This document shows positions 46,614 through 56,698 of a DNA stretch of 64,000 nt, piece after piece; positions within the stretch are counted from its first letter, which is position 1, and the number at the start of each line of letters is the position of its first letter. The notes under the pieces are model-generated. The model ran no database searches. It was not told the origin of the DNA and saw only the letters and a program-made list of their open reading frames with translations. The translations under genes were made by a program, and so were the position numbers. The stretch lies in the sequence record PZ496581.1; one strand, written 5' to 3'. This stretch comes from a phage.

Positions 46614-47629
46614 TGTGTTGCCTCAATATAAAGTTCGTTGGAATATTTGACCAGCGCTTCTCTGTCTTCGTCTGAGATATCTGGAATCGCGTCAATATAT
46701 TCTTTAATGATATCTTGAAGTGATTTAATCTCGATTTCCTGGTCATCATCAGATTCAACACTGTTATCAACTTTAGAAACCATACGAAGAGAGTGAACTA
46801 CTTTTTCAAGTTCAGATTCAAACTTAGTCAACTCTGAATCAATTTCTGATACTATAACACGTACGGCTAGATTAGTATAATCAGAATAATTAATTTTGCC
46901 TTTAAACGGATAAGTGATTCGTCGATGCCATGTTGTTTCATTAGGAATAAATTCCATACGTTCAACATCAGTGTCAAATACCCAGAATCCGCGTGGGTCG
47001 TTCTCATCGCCTGCAGTAAGGGTCCATGGTGTCCCAATATATTTGACGTTAGCAGCTTCAGAGATTGTGTGGAAGTGGCCGGACCAGACTTGTTTATAGG
47101 TCTTTAAGAAATCAGGTTCAAGCCCATGAGACTTCATTCCTTTATAGAAATAGAAGCCATTTAATTCCCAGTGACCAACACAATATGCGGCAGAAGAAGT
47201 CTTGATGTGCTCTAAGATTTCACCTGTATTTTCTTCACACATCCATGGAATGATATCAATCAGACATCCGTCAAAATCTACAGTAGTTGGATGTTCGTAA
47301 ATAGTAAAGTTTTCAAATTGAGTTAACAATTCAGAAACAGTGTTAGGTGTTATTGTATTCTTAAACGCCATGTCATGGTTTCCTATCGTGACATGAACGT
47401 GAATGCCTGCTTTAGAAATCATATCAACGATTTCACGATTGAATTCCATTGTACGATGTGTTATTGCTTTACGGACGTCAAACCAATCGCCGTACTGAAT
47501 CCAAGTTTTAATCCCGTGTTTCTTAGAGTATTCAATTGCTTGACGAATACCATCACGTTGAATATCTTGAATCCATGGGTCGTCTTGTTTGACTCCGATA
47601 TGGAAGTCGCCTAAGTGCAAAATTTTCAT
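46610..47629 (-). CDS. 47: recombination nuclease subunit (Mre11/SbcD-like)
   Basis: 339 aa; phosphoesterase motifs HLGDFH, GDWFD, GNHD. Confidence 0.9.
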   Translation of the reverse strand: MKILHLGDFHIGVKQDDPWIQDIQRDGIRQAIEYSKKHGIKTWIQYGDWFDVRKAITHRTMEFNREIVDMISKAGIHVHVTIGNHDMAFKNTITPNTVSELLTQFENFTIYEHPTTVDFDGCLIDIIPWMCEENTGEILEHIKTSSAAYCVGHWELNGFYFYKGMKSHGLEPDFLKTYKQVWSGHFHTISEAANVKYIGTPWTLTAGDENDPRGFWVFDTDVERMEFIPNETTWHRRITYPFKGKINYSDYTNLAVRVIVSEIDSELTKFESELEKVVHSLRMVSKVDNSVESDDDQEIEIKSLQDIIKEYIDAIPDISDEDREALVKYSNELYIEATQ

Positions 47630-47671
47630 ATTATTTCCTCATTAGTTAATTCATTCTATCATCCGTTTATA

Positions 47672-47700
47672 AAGCAAAAAAGGAACTCCGAAGAGTTCCT
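47672..47700 (-). terminator. rho-independent terminator
   Basis: GGAACUC-UUCG-GAGUUCC hairpin then UUUUUUGCUUU. Confidence 0.65.
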
Positions 47701-47866
47701 ATCCACATAGTACACCGTACAGAGGCTCATTTGAACTTTTAAATCGAATGGGCTTGTACGTAATAGTTCCTTCGGCTTTAGCTTTATCATAAGACTCTTT
47801 AAAACGTCTCATTCTTTCTGCTTTGCCTTTACGGATTTTATCGAAATTTTCAGAAGTCGGGATGTT
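47699..47866 (-). CDS. small basic protein
   Basis: Hand-translated 55 aa MTNIPTSENFDKIRKGKAERMRRFKESYDKAKAEG...; GAGG SD; stop inside terminator stem. Confidence 0.3.
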   Translation of the reverse strand, partial: NIPTSENFDKIRKGKAERMRRFKESYDKAKAEGTITYKPIRFKSSNEPLYGVLCG

Positions 47867-47911
47867 CGTCATGCATAAGCACCTCTCAGAAAATGCCTAA
47901 ATCAATTTCTC

Positions 47912-48133
47912 TCATCGTTTCCACCATTTCTTAACTTGAAATGAATCGACCCACACGAGTTGTTTTGGGTCTGCCTTTACAATAGGCGGACAAATTTCTG
48001 TAATAGAACCGTCGTGATATTCCTTTTCAGAAATTTTAACACAAAGAGGACCTCCCAATTTAAGGGTGAACCCTGCGTTCAGCTTCAGACGTTTAAACTT
48101 TGTTTGAACTAGCGCCATTAATGATGTCCTCAA
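47912..48133 (-). CDS. hypothetical protein
   Basis: 73 aa ORF. Confidence 0.4.
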   Translation of the reverse strand: MRTSLMALVQTKFKRLKLNAGFTLKLGGPLCVKISEKEYHDGSITEICPPIVKADPKQLVWVDSFQVKKWWKR

Positions 48134-48416
48134 TAGCCTGACGAGTAGTAACCCACTGGATTTTAATTAACTTGTCATTATATGGTTGTCGTAGAATATC
48201 CCGAGATTTCTTAATAGCATATTCGTAAGCTTCGAAGTTGTTTTGAATTGCTGCTTCTTGAGCATGAGCATAAAGACGGTTTAGTTCAAAACGATTCTTT
48301 TTAAGAATCTTTTCGGATTTTTTACGTGCTTCAGCTTCATTTTTCTTTTGGATTTCTTGTAGCATTTTAGCTACTGCATCTTCTGCTTCTTTATTTTCAA
48401 TAATCTCGGTAGTCAT
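48093..48416 (-). CDS. hypothetical protein
   Basis: 107 aa ORF. Confidence 0.45.
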   Translation of the reverse strand: MTTEIIENKEAEDAVAKMLQEIQKKNEAEARKKSEKILKKNRFELNRLYAHAQEAAIQNNFEAYEYAIKKSRDILRQPYNDKLIKIQWVTTRQAIEDIINGASSNKV

Positions 48417-48417
48417 A

Positions 48418-48633
48418 TTATCTCATTAAATTAAAATAAAAACGTCCATCCTCTTCAATACAGAACTCGTACTCAACCGGAGTCCCATTTATCGAAAATG
48501 ACACGTCATGTGGGTTCAAAGGGTCGATGTCAAAATTAATTTTAAATTCTCGACCCAACAGTTTTACCAAATAAGGGATTGCTTCGTCAAAAGGTTCTTC
48601 TAAGTAGTTAGAGATGTCAATTGTCATCCTCAT
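48418..48633 (-). CDS. hypothetical protein
   Basis: Trimmed to internal ATG after gp55 stop. Confidence 0.4.
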   Translation of the reverse strand: MRMTIDISNYLEEPFDEAIPYLVKLLGREFKINFDIDPLNPHDVSFSINGTPVEYEFCIEEDGRFYFNLMR

Positions 48634-49192
48634 ATAAAAAATCCAAACTAGGCGAATCGCTAACAACTTCCTTCTTTTCAGCCCCAGGAGCTTTATAAGC
48701 GGATTCTTCATAATGCGTCATTTTATCGTAGATGTCTTGAATAAACGTTTCATCTACCAACGCTACCATATCATCGTCATGACTGTCGTAGACATTATGA
48801 ACGAAGTAACTATATTTCTTTGCAACTTCCTTACGTTCTTTTTTGATACGTTGGACAAAAGCATTAAAACAAGCTCGAGTTATGTATGCATGTGGGTTAT
48901 TGTACTTAGTTTCGTCGAAATTATGAAGTCCCTTAATAGAGGCTTCAATCCCATCTGCAATCATCTCCTGTTTCCAAGACTGGGTATATCCTGAAAAGTT
49001 GAAACGTTTGGACAGGCCTTCGGCGATAAGCATAATTGCTAAACCGATGGTATCATTCTGACGAATAATTTTGTTTGGGTCTTTATTATTTAAGAGCTCC
49101 TTTTTCCACTCGATTATAGCGGCGAGAAGCTCTTTATTATTCACATAGTTATTTTTAGGTTTTTGTTCAGTCATAAGTACCTCTTGGCTCAA
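48617..49192 (-). CDS. 55: late sigma factor gp55
   Basis: 191 aa; ...[62 protein letters not shown]... matches T4 gp55. Confidence 0.9.
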   Translation of the reverse strand: MSQEVLMTEQKPKNNYVNNKELLAAIIEWKKELLNNKDPNKIIRQNDTIGLAIMLIAEGLSKRFNFSGYTQSWKQEMIADGIEASIKGLHNFDETKYNNPHAYITRACFNAFVQRIKKERKEVAKKYSYFVHNVYDSHDDDMVALVDETFIQDIYDKMTHYEESAYKAPGAEKKEVVSDSPSLDFLYEDDN

Positions 49193-49246
49193 TTCATAGG
49201 TCTATTATATCATAATATTTAGAGACCTATCTTAAAGCACGAGATA

Positions 49247-49516
49247 CTATCGGAGCAAACAATAAGCCTGAAACACTTTTTCCATTAAACGTTTGAACTC
49301 ATGGATATCGATATAAAGCTCAGTAAGACCGGCATTATAAAGAAAATCTAAAAAGTTCTCATGTGTTTCGTTATAGTCGCCTTCGTTTAATTGAGATACA
49401 TGAGTTTCCCAAAAACCAACACCTTTAACGAATGGAAAATACGTGACTTTCATGTATTCGTCAACATAAAATTCGCCCAGCTTTTCTTCAGTTATACTGA
49501 TTCGAGTTAATTTCAT
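49247..49516 (-). CDS. hypothetical protein
   Basis: 89 aa ORF. Confidence 0.45.
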   Translation of the reverse strand: MKLTRISITEEKLGEFYVDEYMKVTYFPFVKGVGFWETHVSQLNEGDYNETHENFLDFLYNAGLTELYIDIHEFKRLMEKVFQAYCLLR

Positions 49517-49740
49517 TCTAGTTCCTTTGCTGCTTCAAGAGCAGCATCCAGCGAATCAAATTGGTCAACGAAATCAATATTCAACGCATCGTCAACCGTA
49601 GCATATAACCACCATTGTTTGAATTCGTATTCTAGAATAAATCCAGGACCTTCAATCTGAGGAAGACCTAGACTATTTGTACCAACTTCGTAACCAGCTA
49701 GACGCAGGTCATTAATCAAAGTTTCTGTTAATACGCTCAT
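49513..49740 (-). CDS. hypothetical protein
   Basis: 75 aa ORF. Confidence 0.45.
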   Translation of the reverse strand: MSVLTETLINDLRLAGYEVGTNSLGLPQIEGPGFILEYEFKQWWLYATVDDALNIDFVDQFDSLDAALEAAKELE

Positions 49741-50117
49741 TTTACCGCCTTAACAATTTTCAGGTCAACGAATTTTTTCTTACGTTGATTTTTCATACGA
49801 CGGATAGTCTTTTCAGAGATTTCATGTTTCTGATAAGCTTTAGATTCAACACCAAATGCAGCAACGTCAAATTCAGAAAGAATATATTGTACTAGAATTT
49901 CACGAATAGAATTACGTCCAATTTTCTGGTCGTGTTTTTGCATGATTTCATAAAGACGGAATTCCCACGCGTCAAGAACTTGAGGAGTAACAATATTGCC
50001 GGATTCCAGAAGAGCAACAACTTTATCGAAAGCGAAAGAATTAACTACGTTTTTGATTTTAGTAGACATATTATTTTCCTCGGTTATTTTATTATCCAAC
50101 GAGAGAATTATACTCAT
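49737..50117 (-). CDS. hypothetical protein
   Basis: 126 aa ORF with early promoter. Confidence 0.45.
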   Translation of the reverse strand: MSIILSLDNKITEENNMSTKIKNVVNSFAFDKVVALLESGNIVTPQVLDAWEFRLYEIMQKHDQKIGRNSIREILVQYILSEFDVAAFGVESKAYQKHEISEKTIRRMKNQRKKKFVDLKIVKAVK

Positions 50118-50138
50118 CTCTCAAGAGTTTGTATACTA
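50105..50138 (-). promoter_or_regulatory. sigma70-type early promoter, related to ndd promoter
   Basis: GTATAC -35, TATAAT -10 inside GAGAGA...TCTCTC; shares ctctcaagagtttgta with 5581..5596. Confidence 0.5.
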
Positions 50139-50375
50139 TTTTTTAAGCATGAAAAGTAAGTAATTTGTATCACGTGGAGTAATATCAACACCCATATCAA
50201 AGATGCCTTTATAGATTGGGTATTTGTTTTCGGTTGTATCGAAGCTGAAACTATTTCCATCACAACTAACAGTAATAGCATCTGTTAAAATGTCATACTC
50301 AATCCTAACAATTGAATCCCCAATTTTAACGTCGAGGTGTTTTTTGAATTTGATAAAATCTAATTCTTGGGCCAC
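50136..50375 (-). CDS. hypothetical protein
   Basis: 79 aa ORF with early promoter. Confidence 0.45.
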   Translation of the reverse strand: MAQELDFIKFKKHLDVKIGDSIVRIEYDILTDAITVSCDGNSFSFDTTENKYPIYKGIFDMGVDITPRDTNYLLFMLKK

Positions 50376-50405
50376 GATATTTTCCTCATTTTAAGACGAT
50401 AGGAA

Positions 50406-50435
50406 GATAATAACATGTCTTCCTATCGTTGTACA
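50406..50435 (-). promoter_or_regulatory. sigma70-type early promoter in stem-loop
   Basis: ATGTAC -35, TATTAT -10; GATAGGAAGA...TCTTCCTATC. Confidence 0.5.
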
Positions 50436-50438
50436 TTA

Positions 50439-50639
50439 TTAACCGAACTTTTTAGCGCCTTTCCAGCCTTCGTACATAACTGCACAAGTCAGTAGTACAG
50501 CGTGCTGGCATTCTTTGTATTTGTAAATCCAGAACCAGCGTAAGAAGTCTTCGTCCTCAACACCGTTGAGTTTCATGTTGGCGAAGAATTCAGCTCGTTC
50601 TTCGCGAAGTTTTTGAGATAACATAGATTCAGGATTCAT
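50439..50639 (-). CDS. hypothetical protein
   Basis: 66 aa ORF. Confidence 0.4.
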   Translation of the reverse strand: MNPESMLSQKLREERAEFFANMKLNGVEDEDFLRWFWIYKYKECQHAVLLTCAVMYEGWKGAKKFG

Positions 50640-50863
50640 TTTATATTCCAGACCCCATTTTCATCGATGAACTTAATCCAGTCATTTACAGACCATTTAG
50701 TTGTATCACCCTTTGGATTAACATTTAAAGTATATAATCCCTGCTTAAAAAGCATTCGTTTGATATTCATAATTTCCTCAACTGTAACGATAACATTCGT
50801 TAGCTTTACGTTTGGCTTCAGTATGAGAAGTATTATAATCATAATCTTCTTTACTGTAAACAT
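50636..50863 (-). CDS. hypothetical protein
   Basis: 75 aa ORF; true start may be internal. Confidence 0.3.
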   Translation of the reverse strand: MFTVKKIMIIILLILKPNVKLTNVIVTVEEIMNIKRMLFKQGLYTLNVNPKGDTTKWSVNDWIKFIDENGVWNIK

Positions 50864-51071
50864 CTTTTTTCAACTTACGAACTTCTTTGCGGAGTTGTCG
50901 ATTCATTTCATTCTTGACTTCAGAATCAACGCCTTTCATACGTTTCCATTTATCTGAGCGGAAAATGTTTTCAACCATGTCTTTGTGGCTAACACCGTCA
51001 GGAGCTTTACGTTTACCAAAATAGTCATAATCGCGAACTTTCAAATCTTTACGACGATACGTTTTACCCAT
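50778..51071 (-). CDS. hypothetical basic protein
   Basis: Trimmed to MGKTYRRKDL... Confidence 0.4.
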   Translation of the reverse strand: MGKTYRRKDLKVRDYDYFGKRKAPDGVSHKDMVENIFRSDKWKRMKGVDSEVKNEMNRQLRKEVRKLKKDVYSKEDYDYNTSHTEAKRKANECYRYS

Positions 51072-51122
51072 AAGTACCTCAGAGGTTGATTGATACAACG
51101 CGTTTGATAAAATTCACTTCAC

Positions 51123-51330
51123 TTACTGAAAGGTCTCTTTAAGACCGATTGATTCTAAACGCTGAATAAAAGTCAACATTGGGATATAGTCCCAATGTGT
51201 TTTAGACGTTTGATAAGTACGGACGCCATTAGCAATTTCAACGTTCAAATCGGAAATGGTAATGAATATCGGACGTTCGTTATTTACATTAAGAGATAGA
51301 ACAACTTTCTTCGAATTCAGACTAATCATT
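51123..51330 (-). CDS. hypothetical protein
   Basis: Trimmed to MISLNSKK...; ORF-track extension overlaps its own promoter. Confidence 0.4.
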
Positions 51331-51358
51331 TTATTTTCCTCTATAGTAGATGGTTTAA

Positions 51359-51387
51359 TCTTAACACGTCTATTGAGGATGTAAACT
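51359..51387 (-). promoter_or_regulatory. sigma70-type early promoter
   Basis: GTTTAC - 17 nt - TAAGAT. Confidence 0.45.
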
Positions 51388-51494
51388 GTTTTATGAAAAT
51401 ATTTTCGATTTGAGAGGGGCACAAGGAGATAGTGAAGTGAAGATTCCAATGGATTATATTAGAAATGGGATAAAGAAGACCAGGCGGCACCTGG

Positions 51495-51803
51495 TCAATC
51501 TTCTATGATATCAGAGTCATATCCTAATGAAATCAAGGACTTTTTAAACTCTGCAATATTCTTTTGTTTCTTATCATTTAAAAATATGACAGGATAACGA
51601 ATATTAAGTGAAGTGAATCCTGCACGTTTAGCAAGAGATACGATTAAAGGACGGTCATATTCAATCTTACCATTATTAGTGAGGACTTTATAAAATGTAT
51701 AAGGAGCATTGAGCTCCTTTAAAAGTTTTGTAACAGTATAACATCCTGGACAACGTCCTACTTCTTCAGGGATGCCATAAATTTCAATCTTGTTGTGTTC
51801 CAC
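51495..51803 (-). CDS. glutaredoxin-like protein (NrdH-type)
   Basis: 102 aa; CPGC redox motif near N-terminus; adjacent to nrdG/nrdD. Confidence 0.5.
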   Translation of the reverse strand: MEHNKIEIYGIPEEVGRCPGCYTVTKLLKELNAPYTFYKVLTNNGKIEYDRPLIVSLAKRAGFTSLNIRYPVIFLNDKKQKNIAEFKKSLISLGYDSDIIED

Positions 51804-52127
51804 AATTATTCCTTGCCAAGAACAGAATTCAGTTTATTAGTAATTTTGTCCAAACGTTCATTGAATTCGCTGGAGGATAAACCCTTTTCCGGAGAAATTA
51901 AACTAATCACGAAAAATACAACAGTAAAAGGAATAAGAAAATAGCTCCAACTGCCATAAACAAAAAGAATGTTACAGTTGTAAGAAAATCAGCTAAACCT
52001 TTACGAAATTTATACATATTTACCCTTAATTAACTAAGCATTGATAAGCACTAAACTATATTGGGAATAAAATTCTGGACCAAAATGAAAAATCATATCA
52101 TTTATAGTATCCATAATATAATTCAAT

Positions 52128-52598
52128 TTAATCATGTTTCCACACCCCATCGGTATTTGTCCAAAGTCGCTGATTATCTGATCCTCGCCACAGCTTTTTA
52201 GTCGGAAGATTTTTCTCATACTTCCCATCAATAATAACATCAACATATTTAAGCATTTCTAGCTGTTTAATATCTTCAAACTTATATCCTGTCCACAACC
52301 AAATGCTTTTATTTGGATAAAGATTTTTTACTGTTTGAGCAATGCAATGAATAACATCTCGATTATCAGGATAGAGAGGGTCACCTCCGGTTATAGTCAA
52401 TCCTTCTATATAATCATTATTCAAACATTCAATTAATTGTTCTAGTGTCTCTCCGGTGAATGGAATACCATTTCTAGCATTCCATGTTGATTTATTATAA
52501 CACCCTTCGCATTTATGCAAACAACCTGTAACGAAAAGAACGACCCTGCAACCAGGGCCATTCACAAAATCGCAAGGATAAAATCTATCATAATTCAT
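52128..52598 (-). CDS. nrdG: anaerobic ribonucleotide reductase activating protein (radical SAM)
   Basis: 156 aa; CLHKCEGC cluster. Confidence 0.85.
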   Translation of the reverse strand: MNYDRFYPCDFVNGPGCRVVLFVTGCLHKCEGCYNKSTWNARNGIPFTGETLEQLIECLNNDYIEGLTITGGDPLYPDNRDVIHCIAQTVKNLYPNKSIWLWTGYKFEDIKQLEMLKYVDVIIDGKYEKNLPTKKLWRGSDNQRLWTNTDGVWKHD

Positions 52599-54412
52599 TG
52601 GTGTTTAACCCTATGCATGATTTCTTTATTTTTACCGAGATTAAATCCGCGTTCGTTAGGATTTCCCAAATAACCGCATGTTCTTCTTATGGTGTTCATC
52701 TTTTTAGGATCAGTTTCTCCACAAACTGAACAAACAAATCCGTTTTCAGTAGGAGTCATTTCATGGGTACTTCCGCATGTAAAACATTTATCTACTGGCA
52801 TATTAACACCAAAATAATCTAAATGTTGTGCAGCATAATCCCATACGGCCTCAAGACCTTTTAAGTTATTTTTCATATCAGGAAGTTCAACATAAGAAAT
52901 GTGACCACCTGTCGCAATGAAATGATATGGCGCTTCATGAGAAATCTTTTCAAACGGAGTAATATTTTCTTCTACTGAAACATGGAAACTATTAGTGTAC
53001 CAGCCTTTATCAGTGACATCCTTTACACTTCCATATTTTTCTGTATCAAGTTTACAGAAGCGATAACAAAGGTTTTCAGCAGGAGTAGAATACAAACTAA
53101 AAGCAAACCCAGTTCTTTCAGTCCACTGTTTAAGATGAGCATTCATTTTAGTTAAAATTTCTTGCCCAATATCACGACCGACAAGAATATTCAATTCGTG
53201 AATACCAATGTATCCTAGGGACACTGAACTTCTACCGTTTTTAAATAACTCAATTATATCGTCATCAGGTTTAAGACGAACCCCGAATGCACCTTCTTGG
53301 TAAAGAATAGGAGCAACAGTCGCTTTAACTCCTTTTAAGGAACTAATTCTACACATCAAAGCTTCAAAACATAAATCCATTCGTTCATTGAATAATTCAA
53401 CAAATTTCTGTTCGTTAAATTGCGTTCCAATATAAGAATCTAACGCGATGCGAGGAAGATTCAATGTTACAACACCAAGATTATTGCGACCATCAAGAAT
53501 TTCATTACCGGTTGAATCTTTCCATACACTCAAGAAACTACGGCAACCCATTGGAGAAACAGGAACTGAAGAACCGGTAATAGCTTTATTATTCTTAACC
53601 GAAATAATGTCAGGATACATTCTTTTGCTTGCACATTCTAACGCAAGTTGTTTAATATCATAGTTTGGATCATCTTTATAAAGATTAACACCTTCTTCAA
53701 CAAACATAACAAGCTTAGGGAAAATAGGAGTTATCCCATCACGACCAAGACCTTTAATACGATTTTTCAGAATTGCTTTCTGAATCATTCGTTCAGTCCA
53801 GTCAGTTCCCGTACCAAATGTAATTGTTACAAAAGGAGTTTGTCCGTTTGAACTAAAGAGAGTATTTACTTCATACTCATAAGCTTGAAATGCGTCATAG
53901 ACATCTTTTTCTGTTTTGGATTGAGCATAATTCAACGCATCAGCGATTTGCCATTTTTCTGCATCCTCAATATGTTTTGCATAGGTGCGTTTAACATAAG
54001 GAGAAAGTACTTTATCTACATTCGCAAATGTAGTTCCGCCATACTGGTGTGAAGCAACCTGTGCGGTAATTTGTGCCATAATTGCAGTAGCAACGCCAAT
54101 TGATTTAGGAGTTTCAATCTGTGCATTACCTAGCTTAAATCCATTCTCAAGCATCCCCTTTAAATCGACTAAACAGCAATTGGTAAACGGAAGAGCAGGA
54201 GAATAATCAATATCATGCATGTGAATGATTCCGCTTTCATGCGCATTCATAATAAAAGACGGGACCATATTTTTGGCAATGTGCTTAGACACAATACCAG
54301 CCATAAGGTCCCGTTGAGTTGGAAAAACACGAGAATCTTTATTAGCATTCTCGTTCAAAAGATCTTTATTAGTTTTATAAATTAATCCTTCAATTTCTTT
54401 TTCAATTTTCAT
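52595..54412 (-). CDS. nrdD: anaerobic ribonucleoside-triphosphate reductase
   Basis: 605 aa continuous ORF; C-terminal glycyl-radical RTCGY and Zn-ribbon CxxC pairs; no intron. Confidence 0.9.
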   Translation of the reverse strand: MKIEKEIEGLIYKTNKDLLNENANKDSRVFPTQRDLMAGIVSKHIAKNMVPSFIMNAHESGIIHMHDIDYSPALPFTNCCLVDLKGMLENGFKLGNAQIETPKSIGVATAIMAQITAQVASHQYGGTTFANVDKVLSPYVKRTYAKHIEDAEKWQIADALNYAQSKTEKDVYDAFQAYEYEVNTLFSSNGQTPFVTITFGTGTDWTERMIQKAILKNRIKGLGRDGITPIFPKLVMFVEEGVNLYKDDPNYDIKQLALECASKRMYPDIISVKNNKAITGSSVPVSPMGCRSFLSVWKDSTGNEILDGRNNLGVVTLNLPRIALDSYIGTQFNEQKFVELFNERMDLCFEALMCRISSLKGVKATVAPILYQEGAFGVRLKPDDDIIELFKNGRSSVSLGYIGIHELNILVGRDIGQEILTKMNAHLKQWTERTGFAFSLYSTPAENLCYRFCKLDTEKYGSVKDVTDKGWYTNSFHVSVEENITPFEKISHEAPYHFIATGGHISYVELPDMKNNLKGLEAVWDYAAQHLDYFGVNMPVDKCFTCGSTHEMTPTENGFVCSVCGETDPKKMNTIRRTCGYLGNPNERGFNLGKNKEIMHRVKHQ

Positions 54413-54882
54413 TTTAAACTCTTTCTAAGTTGCTTCTTAAATGAAGCTATTAACTGTGTTTTGGTGTCAGATTCATTATATTCAAATCCTCTTTGAAGCA
54501 TCTCAGCCATCATTTCCTCTTTACCTAGTCTTGAGAACTCTTTAGTTTTGTCTGGAACAAAATTAGGATGGATATTATTATCAGAATAATCTTGTTTCAA
54601 ATAAGCAAGAAGAGCTTCAAGCCATTCGAGGTAGTCGACATCACGTCCTTTAAGACCGGAACGGTTGAACTTATGCTTCATTTGACCTTCTGCTGCGTTG
54701 CACAGATTACAGAGTAATCCACGAACTCTACCGGCTTTTGGCCCGTTTAATTCGTGGTCGTGGTCAAGATGGTTACCTTGAACATCAGGGTCTAATTCAC
54801 GGTGGCAAATAGGACACTTACCGTTCTGTGCATCATAAAATTTTTGTTTTTCTTCTTTATATTTTGCGCCTGATAATAACAT
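54409..54882 (-). CDS. 49: endonuclease VII (Holliday junction resolvase)
   Basis: 157 aa; near-identical to T4 endo VII as recalled. Confidence 0.9.
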   Translation of the reverse strand: MLLSGAKYKEEKQKFYDAQNGKCPICHRELDPDVQGNHLDHDHELNGPKAGRVRGLLCNLCNAAEGQMKHKFNRSGLKGRDVDYLEWLEALLAYLKQDYSDNNIHPNFVPDKTKEFSRLGKEEMMAEMLQRGFEYNESDTKTQLIASFKKQLRKSLK

Positions 54883-54917
54883 GATAAACCCTTACCTTAA
54901 ATAGATAAGGGTATTTA

Positions 54918-55343
54918 TTAACTTAAACGTCTTTCTAAATATTCAATGTATTCTGCGGCTGCTTGCATCAGGTTACCTTCATAGCCGTCGTTATTTTCTT
55001 GTCCGGCTAATTTAGCTAATGCATAAGAAATTCGTTCACCTTCGAATTCACCAAGTTTACTACCTAGCACATCCGCAATATCAGCCGAATCAATTTCTTC
55101 GAGTTCATCTATTGAATGTGATTCCCAGAAGCACCAAAGAGAAGTATCACGGTCATAGATGCAAAGTTTCTCACCTGTGTTCAACATCACTTCGATAATG
55201 CCATGGTCGCCATAACCATCTTCGGTCGTAGTACCAATTACCTTGATGATCGTATCTTTCTTTAATTCAGGAAACTTGACTTGTAGTTCTTCATCTTCTT
55301 TAACAATCTTGAACCACTTACCACGTGTGTCAGAAATATTCAT
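54918..55343 (-). CDS. hypothetical acidic protein
   Basis: 141 aa ORF downstream of nrdC region. Confidence 0.4.
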   Translation of the reverse strand: MNISDTRGKWFKIVKEDEELQVKFPELKKDTIIKVIGTTTEDGYGDHGIIEVMLNTGEKLCIYDRDTSLWCFWESHSIDELEEIDSADIADVLGSKLGEFEGERISYALAKLAGQENNDGYEGNLMQAAAEYIEYLERRLS

Positions 55344-55344
55344 A

Positions 55345-55515
55345 TCAATATCCTCTATAAAAGTTGCGATGCGTGCGTTTCGCTTTGCGAAGCTGACGTT
55401 TAGTTGGTCGAACCGTAAATGGTCGTCCGGAGAAAAAATTTGGTTCAGTTTTAATCAACACATACCAATCGTGTTCGCCACTTTTTAATAAACGGTATAA
55501 CAATTTAACTTGCAT
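55345..55515 (-). CDS. hypothetical small basic protein
   Basis: Trimmed to MQVKLLYRLL...; C-terminal VRPTKRQLRKAKR. Confidence 0.4.
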   Translation of the reverse strand: MQVKLLYRLLKSGEHDWYVLIKTEPNFFSGRPFTVRPTKRQLRKAKRTHRNFYRGY

Positions 55516-55643
55516 AATAATCTCTTCCCATTTCCAAATCAATCATATCGTTTACTGTAGGTTCATCATAACACGTTTCTTCGTCGTTGTAAACTGTTTC
55601 GACGTCTGGCTCGACAGTTTCCCATCGAGCCGAATACCATGGT

Positions 55644-55853
55644 TTAACCCCGGAGTTTATTGAGCTCTTCATAATCAATCCAGGATTCTAGTCCGGACGG
55701 CAAAGCTGATTCAATTTCCCAAAGAAGCTCTTCAATTTTCTGAAGACGATCTAATTCTTCAACAGGAATAGTAACCATTGATGGAGCTCTTGCTGCACTA
55801 ATATCGTAAATCATATTTACCCCAGTTTGACCATGCAATCGCCATATTTCCAT
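55644..55853 (-). CDS. hypothetical protein
   Basis: 69 aa ORF. Confidence 0.4.
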   Translation of the reverse strand: MEIWRLHGQTGVNMIYDISAARAPSMVTIPVEELDRLQKIEELLWEIESALPSGLESWIDYEELNKLRG

Positions 55854-56032
55854 TTAGAAATAGACTTTTCGCCATTAGAATAATAAACTTCGAGTTTAGC
55901 ACGATTATTTTTAATTTGAATAACCTTGGCTGTCATCAAAGTTCCATACCCATAGTAAACTGCAACTTCATCACCTACATATACCGCGTTTCCACGGTAG
56001 TCATGGATATAATCAGTTCCTTCAAGCATCAT
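55817..56032 (-). CDS. hypothetical protein
   Basis: 71 aa ORF. Confidence 0.4.
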   Translation of the reverse strand: MMLEGTDYIHDYRGNAVYVGDEVAVYYGYGTLMTAKVIQIKNNRAKLEVYYSNGEKSISKWKYGDCMVKLG

Positions 56033-56292
56033 TTAAAATATTCTCGCAGTTGATCAAATCCACCAATGTGACTTCCGTCAGGAGCAAACACTTGAGGCAT
56101 AGTCAATCCGACTTGTGATTCACGTCCAAGCTTAACCAGAAGCTCAGCAATTTTCTCATCATCAAAAACACCTTTTTCTGGCATAACATTAATGAATTCG
56201 AATGGCTGTTTCTTAACAGTCAGCAATCGTTTCGCGTTATCACAGAAAACGCAACGGTGAATAGTAGAGTCATACCCGTACACTTTAAACAT
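56029..56292 (-). CDS. nrdC: thioredoxin/glutaredoxin
   Basis: Trimmed to MFKVYGYDS...; CVFC active site; matches T4 NrdC as recalled. Confidence 0.85.
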   Translation of the reverse strand: MFKVYGYDSTIHRCVFCDNAKRLLTVKKQPFEFINVMPEKGVFDDEKIAELLVKLGRESQVGLTMPQVFAPDGSHIGGFDQLREYFK

Positions 56293-56698
56293 TATTTTTC
56301 CTTTCATCGATTAAATATGCAACACCAAATACAATACATGTAATAAAACCTGTGATACAGATAGAAACCAACAACACTGTACCAAAGAACCAAATCAGGT
56401 TATCTTTAGTAGTTTGTTTGATATCCATCTCACGAATTTCTATAGCTATCGTATCACCTTTATTCAGAAGCGTATAAAACGACGGTGATACACGCCTGTC
56501 AAAAACTCGTCCTTGCTCATCTTTATAGACTGCAATAAATTCTAATTTAGAATATTTTCCTGTAGATTGACCTGAAATTAATTCCACTACCTCCACAGGA
56601 ATTACTTTAGTTTCCATGTAAGTATTCTGGCTGTTCCAAATGAATGGAATGATGGCAAAAACTAAAGCTGCAATAAAACAACGAAGGCTATATCTCAT
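56285..56698 (-). CDS. hypothetical membrane protein
   Basis: 137 aa with N- and C-terminal hydrophobic segments. Confidence 0.45.
   Translation of the reverse strand: MRYSLRCFIAALVFAIIPFIWNSQNTYMETKVIPVEVVELISGQSTGKYSKLEFIAVYKDEQGRVFDRRVSPSFYTLLNKGDTIAIEIREMDIKQTTKDNLIWFFGTVLLVSICITGFITCIVFGVAYLIDERKNNV

Noticed and set aside
49195-49240. Palindrome ATAGGTCT...AGACCTAT upstream of gene 55 as a standard early promoter
   Set aside because: No GTTTAC-like -35 at correct spacing; kept as stem-loop observation, not a promoter call.
51331-51449. N-terminal extension of ORF 51123..51449
   Set aside because: Extension covers the ORF's own promoter; ATG at 51330 with SD fits better.
52595-54412. 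Group I intron in nrdD
   Set aside because: ORF is continuous at full expected length.
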